A stretch of 64,000 nucleotides of DNA from Octopus vulgaris (lineage: Eukaryota): the NCBI GenBank assembly GCA_951406725.2, contig OX597823.1, forward strand, positions 67,704,001 through 67,768,000. The letters run 5' to 3'. Both the position numbers and the translations under genes were made by a program. Within the stretch, counting starts at the first letter, position 1; each line of letters begins with the position of its first letter. Below the pieces are notes generated by a model. That model was not told the DNA's origin, ran no database searches, and saw only the letters and a program-made list of their open reading frames with translations. Positions 12,883 through 25,834 of the stretch are shown here, one piece after another.

Positions 12883-13075
12883 GTAAAGAATTGAGAATAT
12901 TATATGTTTTGTGCGTTAATGTGTCAATTGTGGCATCCTGCCTGATAGTATAAAATATATCAATATCCTCTGTGTGCTTGTAGTTGTCAAAATTGTTTCT
13001 CTACATAAGAATAGTATTGTTATCTTGTTGTATAGCCTTTAATTTTCAGGCAATTTTTTGATGTCACTGACGTTT

Positions 13076-13091
13076 CCAGTAGGGGGCAGTG
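13076..13091 (+). promoter_or_regulatory. CTCF-like binding motif
   Basis: CCAGTAGGGGGCAGTG closely matches the bilaterian CTCF core consensus. Confidence 0.45.
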
Positions 13092-13281
13092 TAGTTGCAT
13101 AGAAATGGGGATTTCTTTTGTCAATATAAACAATTCTTTCTTGCTATTTGCATAATTAAAACAATGAGATAAAGCGAGATGTGACATGAGCATTGCATTT
13201 TTATTCTTCTCTTCCGTTTTTGTGAATCCAGTGTGTACATTCCATGTTCATACTTTTCTTTCCGATTCATATTCAAAACTG

Positions 13282-13349
13282 TTTACAAGTCACTACCATC
13301 TCGCAGACCTACGGTCGTGAGGAGCACTTCGTGCTCTGATGGTTGTAAA
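13282..13349. other. Compact T-shaped (three-way) hairpin
   Basis: An ACCAT/ATGGT stem (extended by TTTACAA/TTGTAAA) encloses CTCGC-A-GACC-TAC-GGTC-GTGAG and GAGCAC-TTC-GTGCTC. Confidence 0.6.
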
Positions 13350-15290
13350 TTAAAACTGCAAATTTTTATCGTAAATTGTATGTAGTTTATCAGTTTCACA
13401 CACAGATATATAAATTATATGAGATTAAATATTAAACACCTTTGTTTTCAAAATATTATCATTCACATAACATAGCCTATATATAATTGTTATATGAAGG
13501 ATAATATATGAATGCTTTCATTTTTTTTCTTTTTTCATTTTAGTCCATTTTCCTATTATTGCCTTTTCTGATACAAACCCTTATTTCCTTTTCCAAGTAA
13601 AAGATAATGTTTTACTGATTTCATCAATCTAAGTGTAAAGAAACATGTGCATGCACACACATTCATGCATGCATTCACACTTATATGCATGCGCATGCAA
13701 AGGTGTATATATATAAACATGTATAAGTGTGTGTGTGTGTGAGAGAGAGATGTCTATATAGAAATGTATGTATTATGTATATATAAACGTATGTATATAT
13801 ATGTCTGTCTGTTGTAGAGACAACCAAAGCCTTGTGAGTAAATTTAGCAGATGGAAAGTGAAAGAAGACCTCCATATGTATGGGTGCTGCTTTGGAGTGT
13901 GATCTACAAGGGAAATTACTTTAGATTGCTTTTTATGGATTTTGTTATTTAAGTCAGTATAATAGAAAAAAAGTGATCTTCGTTGTAGATCACATGCCAA
14001 AAACAGCACCTATGTATGTATGTATGCATATATATAATATCCATGCTTGTATGTGTATATAAACATGTATATATGTGTACATATATATACATACACACAC
14101 ATGTATCATGTGGACGATATTTTCAACTGAGGCATTACAACCATATCTGATTCTTCAAGTGCAACAATTCTGTGCATGCACACACACACACACATTGGGT
14201 TGCTGGCATTTATTAATGGTTTCTCCCACTGTGTTGATTTGTCATTTTGTATTGCTAATAAAATTGTCAACATCAGTATGCTAGTATATATATAATGCCT
14301 TGTGGGTGAAGTTGATAGGCAGGAACAACACGTCATGTATGACATTGTTTGTGCCAATCTAATTCACTCACAAAGCTTTGACTGCCCTAGAGCTATAGCA
14401 GAAGGGACTTGTCCATGTTGCTGCTCAGCATAACTGAACCTGAGACGATGTGATAGCAAGTAAGAGCATAGATACAGGTATGACTATTAACGATATAACT
14501 ATACCTGCACCTCTGTCCTACTTTATAGAAAAAAAAACTAGCCTGTTCTAAAGATCAGTATTAAGTTTATATAGATTTCTGGTGAATGTCAAAATAGACA
14601 GTGAAAATTATTCTATATAAATTGCGAAAAAAAAAAAAAAATATGAAAAAGCAAGGCAATATGTTTGTCACTTTATATAAGTGACTTACACATTTTCTCC
14701 GCCCAATTTTGTTGCCTTTTTTTTTTTCTTTTTTACCTTTTATACAGAATAATTTTACTGTTCATATATTTCCTTCCAACCAATATTGATTTTGTTACGC
14801 CATGAATGAATAGCAAAAGGAGAGTTTTCCTAAGATGTCTGCTTGCTATTGTGAGGAAATTTTGATATGTCTAGACCGAGAGCAACAGTAACGGTTTCTT
14901 ATTCAATCTTATAATGCGTGTATGTATATTGAATGTCAAATCTGTCTTGAGACACTGTTTACTTATCAACTTATTAAAGTTTTATTAAATACAAAAATTT
15001 AACATGACATTGTAGCTATATTTTCGATGGCAAACTAATTTATGTATGGTTCTTTTCTTTTCTATTTTTGTGTTTATATTCTCTCAACAAAAGTGTACCA
15101 AATATACCATTCTAAAAGTCCTATATATTTTGTAAATAATAGTTTCTTATTTAATAAGTCCAGCAATTTTAAAGGGAAGGGTTAGTCGATGCAATTGATT
15201 GACCTTCAAATTTGATGGGCACTTTATATTATTGATCAAGAAAGGATGTGAGGCAAAGCTGACCTCAGCAGAATTTGAAACCATACTCTA

Positions 15291-15685
15291 GGCATAGGAG
15301 TGGCTGTGTGATAAGTAGCTTGCTTACCAACCACATGGTTCTGGATTCAGTCCCACTTCATGGCACATTGGGCTAATGTCGTCTTCTATAGCCTTGGGCC
15401 GACCAAAGCCTTGTGAGTGGATTTGGTAGACGGAAACTGAAAGAAGCTCGTCGTATATATGTATGTATGTGTATATGTTTGTGTGTCTGTGTTTGTCCCC
15501 CCAACATCGCTTGACAACTGATGCTCGTGTGTTTGCATCCCTGTAACTTAGCGGTTCGGCAAAAGAGACCGATAGAATAAGTATTAGGCTTACAAAGAAT
15601 AAGGCTTGGGGTCGATTTGCTCGACTGAAGGCGGTGCTCCAGCATGGCCACAGTTAAATGCCTGAAACAAGTAAGAGTAAAGAGA
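15291..15685 (+). mobile_element. tRNA-derived SINE, family A (full length, internal TA/TG microsatellite)
   Basis: Head GGCATAGGAGTGGCTGTGTGATAAG..GATTCAGTCCC (A/B-box-like), body GACCAAAGCCTTGTGAGTGGATTTGGTAGACGGAAACTGAAAGAAG, tail CTGAAACAAGTAAGAG. More than 10 copies in the window. Confidence 0.85.
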
Positions 15686-17321
15686 GTATAATGAATTCTT
15701 TCTACTATAGACACAAAGCCTGCAATTTTGGAGGAGGTGAGCTAGTCGATTAGAGACCCCTGTGCTTGACTGGTACTTATTTCATTGATCCAAAAAAGGA
15801 TGAAAAGCAAAGTCAACCTCAGTGAAATTTGAACTCAGAATGTAAAGATGAACAAAATACCTCCAAGCATTTTGTCCATGTGCAAATGATTCTGCAGCTT
15901 GCTGCTTCTATTCCGCAAGAAATTAATAAAACTAGAAATAATTTAATAAACATTTTCAACAGTGTGAGAAAAAAGATGGTTTTAGTATAAATGTTTATAT
16001 ATCTTTGAATGTCAATAATTATATCTGAAATATTTTTCAGAACGAAAGATAGCGATGTTTTAACATCTAAATGCTGATATAAGGGAACAAAATGTCAAAT
16101 AATGTTAACCTTGTGATAACGTATGGCAGATTAAGGTTAATATATTTATTAGTTTTTGCAAACAAAATTAATCATTTAGAAGCAATTTCGCTTTAAAATA
16201 GCAAACTGACACCAACTTCTCTCCCCCACCCCATGTATGTGTGTAAATTTCTCTTTTTGTAAACACATCAATATATATATACATATGTATATGTAAGTAG
16301 GTAGGTATCTGTGTTAGTGTTTGCCAAGCAACATGTTTACATTGGTTATTAGGTCGGTGCAGTTATGTGGTTTACAGGAAAGTGTCAAAATAATATAAGA
16401 TGACAAGATGGAAAAATACCTACTAATGGGAAGCCGTGTTGCTGGCTGAAGTTTTATTACTTAACTGTATGTACAGGGAGAATTGAAATTTTACACATGT
16501 GCGTGCTTACAATTATTTGGATGGGTAGATAGTGAGGAACGAGATATACAGAGATAAGTGCTATCTATCATCTGTGTGTGTGTATATATATTTGTACACA
16601 CATACACGTATGCAGATATATATATATAAACAAACTTTCAGATCAGTTCAAATATGTTTGAGACTCATTTGACCTGTAAAAAGGCCATCTTCACTGTGAT
16701 TTGCCATGAAGAAAATTCCTTGCTAAAAGCAACAGATATTAAAATGGCAACAGTAATTTCAAAGCACTCTCTGTGGACCGATGAAAGCTCCTTTGCTATC
16801 ATCAGTTTCAGAAACCAAGTGGGACAATACTAAAATGACTTTAGAAGTCATAAATTCCTTATAAAAATTCAATTTCTGCCAGGTTCAATTATATAGTAGG
16901 TGCATGGAGCAGTGTTGTGAAACAAACTTTGATGTAGACTTCCAAAGCGATGGAAAGATGAATCAAAAATTTCCAACCCAACTGAAAGAAAAGTCTGCAC
17001 GCAAAGAGAAAATGAAAGCGCATTGTAACCAGTGATGTGTAAGGACATTTAATATTTTGGTTGACAGTGCAATAAGATATACTCACTCATTTGTTTCCTG
17101 CTTGTTTTTTCTTTTCCATGTTAGCAAGCATTAGATGAATATTATTGTGTCATTATATAGTGGTAAACATTACCAGTTTTCAAGCAAGGAATCTCTTATT
17201 CTATATAGCGTTCACACTAGTGTATATATTCTAATGCATACTAGTGTGAACATGCTGTCTTTAATATAGCATGTTTTATATTGATTTGATATCATTGTAT
17301 CATATATTCCTATAGTGTATA

Positions 17322-18470
17322 TGAGCAAAACAACCCCCGTCCAATGGACGGTGCTGAGTTGTCAAACATTTAAACCAAATTTTCTCAAAACAACTTGTCC
17401 GACCGTCCCATAGGCCTCCCCTTTGAGAAACACTGATTTAACCTAAATTTGAGACACCAGCAAAAGAAGAAATAAAGATAGACTTATTTTCTATTCCAAA
17501 GAAAAACAATTTCATTCATACAAATATGCAACCGAAGAGTTTAAAGTACCAGTAATGATAAGGCTGTTGACTGGGAGAACACAAACATGGTTTAAACAGT
17601 AAGCTTGGCAGGAAAACAATGTGCCTTTAAGCAGTACAAAAACAACAAAAAATGGAAGGTGCAGTTATGTACAGGTTGACGGAAGAAAAGCAGGACAAAA
17701 ACGATGCATGCAAATGGGTTAGCTGGAGGTAAATCTAGATGGAAAAGCATGATGAATTTATGAGAACGTACCTGGGACAATAAGTTTATCCGATAAAACA
17801 TGTAGGAAAATCAACTTGGGACGATTTTTGATGAAAAGCAACAACCTAGGGAAATAAGTAACTAAATTTAAGCTAACTTACTTTACGGGCATGGAAAAGC
17901 TAGTGGAGCGCAGCCTTGTAAACCACATTCCTTGTTACTCCGTCTGGAGCGTAGTAGAAAAGGTTTGTCGAACAGCCCACATAAAGTTGTTCATGTGAAA
18001 AGCAGGGAGTGCTGAGGTCCAACCCCACGACTTTCAATGACTGCCCTTGTGCTTTGTTGATGGTCATCGCGAAGCTCAGGCGAATAGGGAATTGAATGCG
18101 TTTCATTGGGTAAACACAGTCTGATGGAATCAATGGCATGCAGGAAATAAAAACATCACCTGCTCCTTGACCCGTGATACCTTTTGCCTTGAGAACATCT
18201 ACGCAAACTGCACGTGCATTTTTCTTGTGTACGTGTAGTATCAATCGCAACAGCTGATGTACTTGCACGTACAAATGCACGTTCCCACGGCTTTATTGAT
18301 CACATTCTCACCTGGAATCGAATTTTGTAATTTTTTCAAGACTTATACATGCTCTGATACCGTTGGTATCTACATATCAAATTTGAGCGCAATCGGATAG
18401 AGGATGCCCGAGATCCTAGAAGACACACACACACACACACACAGACAGACAATGGATTTTATATAATAGA
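17322..18470 (-). mobile_element. Non-autonomous Helitron retaining a Pif1-helicase fragment
   Basis: The minus strand starts A|TCTATTATATAAAATCC..(TG)n at 18470. A 3' hairpin CCGTCC-AAT-GGACGG lies at 17337-17352, next to a degenerate CTAG. A helicase remnant sits inside. Confidence 0.7.
17900..18200 (-). pseudogene. Helitron RepHel helicase C-terminal remnant (Pif1-like)
   Basis: RIQFPIRLSFAMTINKAQGQSLKVVGLDLSTPCFSHEQLYVGCS..TRNVVYKAAL matches Helitron/Pif1 helicase motifs V-VI. Confidence 0.9.
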
Positions 18471-18653
18471 TATGCATAAATATACATGTGGTATGGATGT
18501 AGGAAGAACACTGACAGGACACGCAACATGTAGGAAGCTCAATGTGAATAGTGGAAAATGTAAAATAGAGCTATATGATGAAATGCAATTATGTTAAAAG
18601 AACATGCTTTTATAAAACAGTGAAAAATTACTACCTAAATACTGTCAGTAATT

Positions 18654-18687
<34 letters not shown>

Positions 18688-19009
18688 TACTTCGATGCCT
18701 TTTAAATATAGTTAGTATTTGTTACTAAACACAATATCATCATAAATACCATTATCCTTTTTATGTTTCTGTAGTGAAAGATTGAGCCCATCACATTCAC
18801 ATTACTGTCACCCTTTTGATGCAAACTGGACAAAAGAAGTATATTATTTGTTTATATATAACATGGAGTTATGTGATCGAATAATTACATACAAAATGAA
18901 AGTGAAGTGAAGCAAGTCCATATGTAGATATATAAAAGCAATGTTATCTTAGTATTACTTATGTTGAAATAAAAATTCTAAAAGTATATTTACCTTTGTT
19001 AAAGCAATA

Positions 19010-19703
19010 GGCATACCTACACAATTCTGCCCGCTATTTTGTTTCCCCGCATAACTTCCGGAAAAATGGATATTTTTTAATGAAATTTTCTACACATACG
19101 TTTCAGATGGTCTAGATTCTGATTACATCTGAATTGGTTGTGAACAAAAGGTTTTCCAGGTGAAAAGAGTTTAAGACAATTCACTGGAGTGGCCTTTGTC
19201 TCCTCATCACTTTTGGAGAAATAAGAATTTTTTAAATGAAATTTTCTGCAAATACCTTTCAAATTGTCAGTTACAATTATATCGGAATTTGATGTGGAAA
19301 GAAAAATGGGCTCACACACATACATACTCACATCATAATTTTCTTTTTTTCGAAATTTCATGTTCCATTTTGTAGATATATGTGATGTGTATCAGTATTT
19401 GTGTGTGCAAGCCCACCAACTTTTGCATATTAAATTTTGATATAATAATAATCTATACATTCTGAAAGATATTTGTAGAAAATTTCATCAAAAAGTATCC
19501 ATTTTTCTGAAAGTTATGTGGAAACAATGCCAACTCATGTGAATTTTCCAAAACTTCTCTCCCCACTCAAAGAAAGACATTTTCACAAATTTGGAATCTA
19601 CACCATCTGAAACATATTTGGAAAAAATTTCATTAAAAGATATCCATTTTTATGGAAGTTATGAGGAAACAAAGTTATAAGGAACACATGTAATAGGTAT
19701 GTC
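19010..19703. mobile_element. MITE with inverted termini and repeated subterminal blocks
   Basis: GGCATACCT..CATAACTTCCGGAAAAATGGATATTTTTTAATGAAATTTTCT is mirrored twice (19478-19520, 19622-19670). Ends AGGTATGTC. Confidence 0.65.
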
Positions 19704-21269
19704 AAGTAAAACATGCAACAGTTGAAAATGTAAAATTTGAAGCAGACAGTTATAAGATGAAATACTGCAAAACAGTTTACAGAACATGCATTTTAATATT
19801 AAGAAACAACGATGAATAAATGAAGAATATTAACTGCAAAAAAAAAAAAAAAATGAAACAAGCTTAAATAGATGTCATAGAGATATTTGAACACGTAATG
19901 TTTGCCAAGTAATTCAAATGACAAGCTACTTGTGCATATCCCAAAACTGTAGTTCAGTCATGACCTCTTCACTCCAGCCAGGGCAAGTTATATCAGTGCG
20001 CACATATTACTGGAGTGCTAGAATTAGCAGGCATTTTCTAAAAATTATGTCCAAGATGTACACACGCTCACAGAGCCTGAGTTCCTATCCCGCCCCCATT
20101 CCAACGATTGATGTGATCAAGATGAACTCTTTCATTAATTTTGAGATACCTGATAGATAGAAGGCAATTCAGCATATAGAATAACGTGATGATGTAATAC
20201 ATTAAGGAAAAATAAACCATGCTATTGAAATATTTGTAGCATGTATAGAACTGTATTTGTAGCATGTATAGAATATCAATTCACCTTCATTATATATCTA
20301 TATATTTATAATGAATAAATAGGGATAAAGTATCCAGGTGTGTACTGTACATGCACTTTCTTATAATCTGGGTAATGGCTATCTGCATTAAGTTGTAAGA
20401 AGCACTTAGCATTGCTTAAATAAGCAAACTCACTGTATTTCATCTGATGGGTAAATCCTGGGTCCATTTCACTAGATTTTACTGAATGTATATTCAAGAC
20501 AATTACAATGAATTCAGAAACTAGCACATTGGCTTCTTTTTTTTTCTTTTTTAGTTTCTACAGCATATTTGAATCGAATGCAGTTGCTAATTGTGTATAC
20601 TGCAGAAACATGCATCAGACACATTTAAGCCAAATATGTTGTATAACTGACTGAAGAAATAAAATGTGTGTGCATGCATGCATGTGCGTGACTCGCTCCC
20701 TCCCTCCCTCTATCTCCTTACCAACAACACTCAAAATGAGGGAAAGTGCTTCTGTTTTTGCAAATACTGTCTGTAATTTATTCATTTTAAACAGCCACCC
20801 TCTCACCTGTCTATCTTCTGTCTGTCTGCTTCTTTTCTGCTCTGTGTCTCTCTGCTTTAAATATTAAAACTGAAGCCAATAAAAGGCTTCCAGTAAGCAG
20901 TTAATGCTATTTTGCTATCTTGTCATTTTTAATGTTAATTTGACACTCTGCTGTCAACCATACATTATCACTATATCTATCTGCACGCATACACATTTAT
21001 ATAGGACGAGATAAAGAGACATAGAAAGTATTATTGCAAGCGAGATAAGGTAAAAGATAATAAAAGAAATGGAATCCAAAGAAATTGGTGTTAGTTTATT
21101 GCTATAAAAATAAAATTATTCTTCATCTTATCTCATCTGCTGTAAGGACTTGTCTGAAACTTCCCTTCAAAACATTAAAAGTTTTATTTTTACACATGTA
21201 TGTATGTATGTGCATAGCTACATACATACATTTGTATGTATGTATATATATATATATATATATATACTC

Positions 21270-21819
21270 TCAAAAATATAAGGAATGGCCATAATAGGAC
21301 ATTCGACTCACTAGAAAGAGCAGCCAAAACTCAAACTGCTAATAGTTGTAATTCTGGAATTGAAAGAGAAATAAAAACATTTACCCTTTCATCTCTGGAC
21401 TATGCATAGTTTCGGCAAACTTTAGTAAACAAACAAATTAATTAAATTAAATTAAATTTATTTACAACTGGCGTGCCTCGTCAGCAGAGAAGCCAAGGAC
21501 GAACATATATCCACGAGGCGATGGTAAGGAAGCCTCAAGTCTATATGCTGTAAATTTTCAAAATCTACCGCAATCGTGCGGTCTTCTCAGCAGCAAATAT
21601 AAACTGCTGATTTAATTTCAAAATTAGCAAAAAAATCATTAATTAAAATAAATTTAATTTAATTTAATTAAGTTTACTAAAGTTTGGCGAAATATGCATA
21701 GTCCAGAGATGAAAAACGTTTTTATTTCTCTTTCAATTTCAGAATTACAACTAGATAGCGGTTTCAAAGACTGCTCTTTCTATGAATATGTCTATTATGG
21801 CCATTCCTTATATTTTTGA
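21270..21819. repeat. Long inverted repeat (~190-bp arms) next to (TA)n, Penelope-like remnant
   Basis: TCAAAAATATAAGGAATGGCCATAATAG..TTTCATCTCTGGACTATGCATA (21270-21462) mirrors TATGCATAGTCCAGAGATGAAA..CTATTATGGCCATTCCTTATATTTTTGA (21647-21819). Confidence 0.8.
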
Positions 21820-21912
21820 ATGTATATTATATAGTCTTTGACTATCTTTTCTTTCCCACTGACCGCTGGTAGCGGAGAATTTTTCTAGAATTTTTTGATA
21901 CCCTTATACTTA

Positions 21913-21963
<51 letters not shown>

Positions 21964-22134
21964 ATCCAAACATGAAAACACAAAGAGAAAACACAACAAT
22001 GCAAGGACGTGGAACAAGTATAGTATTATTGGACGCTCAGGAAAGAAGGAGGGTTTAATGTTTCGATAGGAAAAGGAAAGATCCAAAGAAGGGAAGACAG
22101 AGGAAACAAAATTGTCAACGGTACATAAATACAT

Positions 22135-23277
22135 ATTGAGATGGTATCAAAAAGTTCTCGGATGAGATGGCAACACACAGTTGTATCTGCTGTGAGAGCC
22201 TAACAGTGACATTCAGTGTGCCAAGTAATATCACTGTTTCTTTCACATGTTGTGAAATTTGTGTTTTTGCGATCATGTGTTTGTTGTAGTCTGTGACTTT
22301 GTCATGGACAGGAAGAGTTGACATGAAATTTTGTGTTAAACTTGGGAAGTCTGCTATGGTGACATTGAGCATCAAAAGTGGAATAACGTCTCTGGAAGAT
22401 GATGAGCAATCTGCAAGATCTGCCATGAGCATCACCCCCGGAAATGTGGAGAAAATTCCTCAGCTTTTTCATGAGGATCATTGGAAGACAACCAATGACA
22501 TGGCTGATGTTGTTGGTCTGTTGTATGGGTCCATACAGACAATTGTAATGTCTGAATTGAACATGTGGTGTGTTTCTACCGAGTTTGTCTCCTACCTGCT
22601 GACCACTGAGCAGCAAGAACATCTTATCAAAGTCTGTTAAGATTTCTGCCTGCATGCTGCTGATGACCTGTTTTTCATGTCAAGGATCATCACCAGTGAC
22701 AAGAGTTGGGTTTATGGGCATGACTCTGAGATGAAGCAGCAGTTGTCACAATGGAAGAGCCCTTCATCTCCATGACCGAAGAAAGCATAACAGAGCATGC
22801 TGATAATTTTTTTCGACATCTGCAGTATTGTGCATCAAGGATTCACTCCGCGGGGCCAGACCATCGGTCAAAAGTTCTACTGCAGTGTTATGTTTTAAGC
22901 ATTTGAGTAAGGACATTTGGGGAAGTGGATGGATCTGTGGAGTGCAAAGAATTGGATTCTTCAAATGACAACGCACCTTTTCACCAAGCTCTCCTCACTC
23001 ATGAGTCTCTCACCAAAAACAACATGGTATCACTTCTGCACTCACCCTATTGGCCAGATTTAGCACCTGTGAACTTCCATCTCTTCTCCAAGATGAAAAG
23101 ACAGCTCAAAGGTTGCTGTTTTAACACCATTGTCGAGATCAAGATTAAATTGCAGAAGGTCCTCAACTATCTTACAGAAAATGTCTTCCAGGCCTGGCTG
23201 GATTCCAAAAGTGGCAGGAATTCTGGGACCAGTGTATTGCTGTGCAAGGTTTGAGGACTTTTTGATAGTACTTTGTA
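22135..23277 (+). mobile_element. Degenerate mariner transposon
   Basis: Fragments MKFCVKLGKSA, SLEDDEQSAR, IITSDKSWVYGHD, DNAPFH and HSPYWPDLAPVNFHLFSKMK (YSPDLAP motif). Decayed TIRs TATCAAAAAGTTC / GACTTTTTGATA. Confidence 0.9.
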
Positions 23278-23625
23278 CATCTCTATGTTGTATGTATGTA
23301 TGTTTGTACATAGATACATTCATTTGTATGCATGTACATAGATATATTTGTAGGTATGTATGTGCACAGTGTAGCTAGAGTGTGTGCCGACTGGGGTGGC
23401 CCTTCAGTTGGCCATCCCCGGACCCCACAAAAAATGTTTCCTACAGCAATAGCCTACAACAGAATGAAAAGTGCTGCCCGAGGTGAACCGCACCCCCACC
23501 CCACCCCACCTGCACTAGTGCATGTACATAGATACATATTTATGGATATATGTACATAAATACATACATACATAGTAGCTTACATTTGTTTATATGTATG
23601 TACGATATATACATTGTACATATGT

Positions 23626-24100
23626 ACAGTAATGTTTCGATATACAAGTTAATTTGTTCCCAGAGACCACTTGTAGAGTGGAAAATCTCAAAGCAGAGCC
23701 ATAATTTCCTGTAGTGGCAATGTTATAAATCATAATTCGTTCCCAGAAAAATATTTTACCCATAAAGTTTATAATACGCATAAATAAATGGCTGTAAAGC
23801 AACAGTAGAATGTAAAGAATATTTTATATAAAGTAAAAAGAACGTCAAGATCATTTATAATAAAAAATATTGTTTTTTTAATCTCTTTCACTCGCACTAG
23901 ACTCGTGCACATCACTTGTAGACAGGATCACTGATTTGCAAGCACTCATAGATGAACTTGTAGATTTCTTTTTAAAAAACGTCTAGAATTGTTTGCTTAG
24001 AAATTTTTTTCAGTCTCTATAAATTTCTTGGTAACATGGAGAAGCATCTTTTATAGTAGTAGAAACTTTTGCATTTCATTCAAATTTTGGATCTTGTGCT
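23626..24100. mobile_element. Tigger/pogo-like DNA transposon fragment
   Basis: Starts TACAGTAATGTTTCGATATACAAGTTAATTTGTTCC, resembling Tigger termini. Extent uncertain. Confidence 0.4.
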
Positions 24101-24719
24101 TGAAAAATAAAAAGTAAAACTTGTAAACCTGGGGTCTGATAAAGTGGGTCTTCACAACGTATTACGGTATTTGTTTGCAGATTCACTCTGTGTTGCTACT
24201 GGTAGTTTATTTTATGCATTCATCTGTAAATGTGTGTGTTGGTGGTGGGTGGTGGTAGTGCTTCTGGACTAGCTTGTAAGCCTGGTCTCCTGGGACAAAG
24301 GCTAACTTGTGAGGCTTATCCAGATCAGAATTCCTCTCCTATAGGAAGAAGCAGCCCTTTGGTACCGGTAGCTTTAGCTTTGGAGAGTAAGTGCTTCCTC
24401 TCATCAGCAACAGTAGCAGCTGTCCAAGAATTTGGACCTAGAGATTTCCATTTCCAGTGACTTCGAGGGCCACCTCCCAGTGGTGTCGGGCGTCAACGAA
24501 GAGCCCTCGACTACAACAAGATGACCAAAGTTTTTTTTCTTTTTTGCCAAGGTCTGGGGTCTCCCGCCCCTAAGCCCTAGACCATCACCTGATCACCCTT
24601 ACCTGTCTTGTTGCTTAACAACAACAACAGCAGTAGCAGCATTTCTCTTTCTTCTGTTTGGGCATCACTGTGAAGTGAACTTCATCATTTGTGTCAGTTT
24701 AGAACAAGCAACTCTCAGT

Positions 24720-25120
24720 AGTCAACCACAATGCTGAGGTCTTACAGAAAAGTGGGGTTTTAGGTTGTCATTGAACCATTTGCTTTCCAACAGCACAGAA
24801 TTCACCATAGAGGAGCTGCTTTTGGGCATGCAACTGTTCCATTTCACTTGAGCCTTCTGCAAAGGAAAGGTGAACAAGCTTAGGATTTTGGCTTGCTGAA
24901 TCATGTAAGCATCTTAGATACTGTCCTGCTTAGTTGATGTGAAAATGGTTGAGATGCCTAAGACGTGTGTCATAAACCATCCAGGACTCACAGTCTCAAT
25001 AGTTGTGAGAACAACTGCATGGTAGCCCTTCAACTTAAAAGTGAAGCTGGTTCCCCTGTACTCTTACACATTCTCCTGCAGTCTGCTGAAAGCAGCACTG
25101 GCTTTGAAGATACAGTAGGG
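24720..25120 (-). mobile_element. Old RTE LINE ORF fragment
   Basis: The minus strand encodes KASAAFSRLQENV, the post-RT motif of RTE/BovB elements. Heavily decayed. Confidence 0.55.
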
Positions 25121-25834
25121 TCTCTCTCTATATATGAATATAATCTGTATTCAGGGGCCCCGTTCATTACTTGAGTAATTGAAATACATATAAGGGTAAT
25201 CTGTTCCAAGCCATACCCAAACTTCGCATAAAAGTATGAAATTGTTTTATTTGGTCATCTGTCAATAACAGCTTCATAAATGTAATTCGTGTGTGTATGT
25301 GTGTTTCCCTTTGTCCTTCTGTTAATCTGTAATTGTGTTTTTTAGCAAAAAATATAAGAAATATTATTTTCTAGATAAAATCTGAAATTTTTCAAGCTTC
25401 ATGAAATACAAACATGGATTTTAATGAGCCACTTGCACACACTCGACCTGTCACTTGTACTATTTTCTATATAAAATATGAAATTTTGCAAGCTGCATGA
25501 AATACAAACGGGGATTTTAATGAACCACGTGTGTACACTCTCCCAGCCACTTATATGCATTCATAGTCTACTTGAATTTTGTTCTTCAAATTTCTGCTCA
25601 TTCACTGAATACAATATACATGAGAAAATGCTCGACGTGCTAGAAGTAGCAACCAAATCTACATTAATGTGCACCTCTACCACCATAAATGTGAAAGAAC
25701 AATGTCGTTCTAGATATATTAAATGACAGGATGATCTCAGTTGGGTGTTTCCGATCATAATTAATGTTTGATCAGTTAAACAATAGCATAAACCTAAAAT
25801 ATTTTTGTTCCTTTTCATTATTTTTGATGTTCAG

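Noticed and set aside
15373-15714. Recurrent ORFs with RRASFSFRLPNPLTRLWSA (also 29095, 63466)
   Set aside because: Antisense translations of SINE family A, not a gene family.
19918-20527. Short ORFs in unique sequence as coding exons
   Set aside because: No recognisable domain and no convincing acceptor/donor pair with an open frame.
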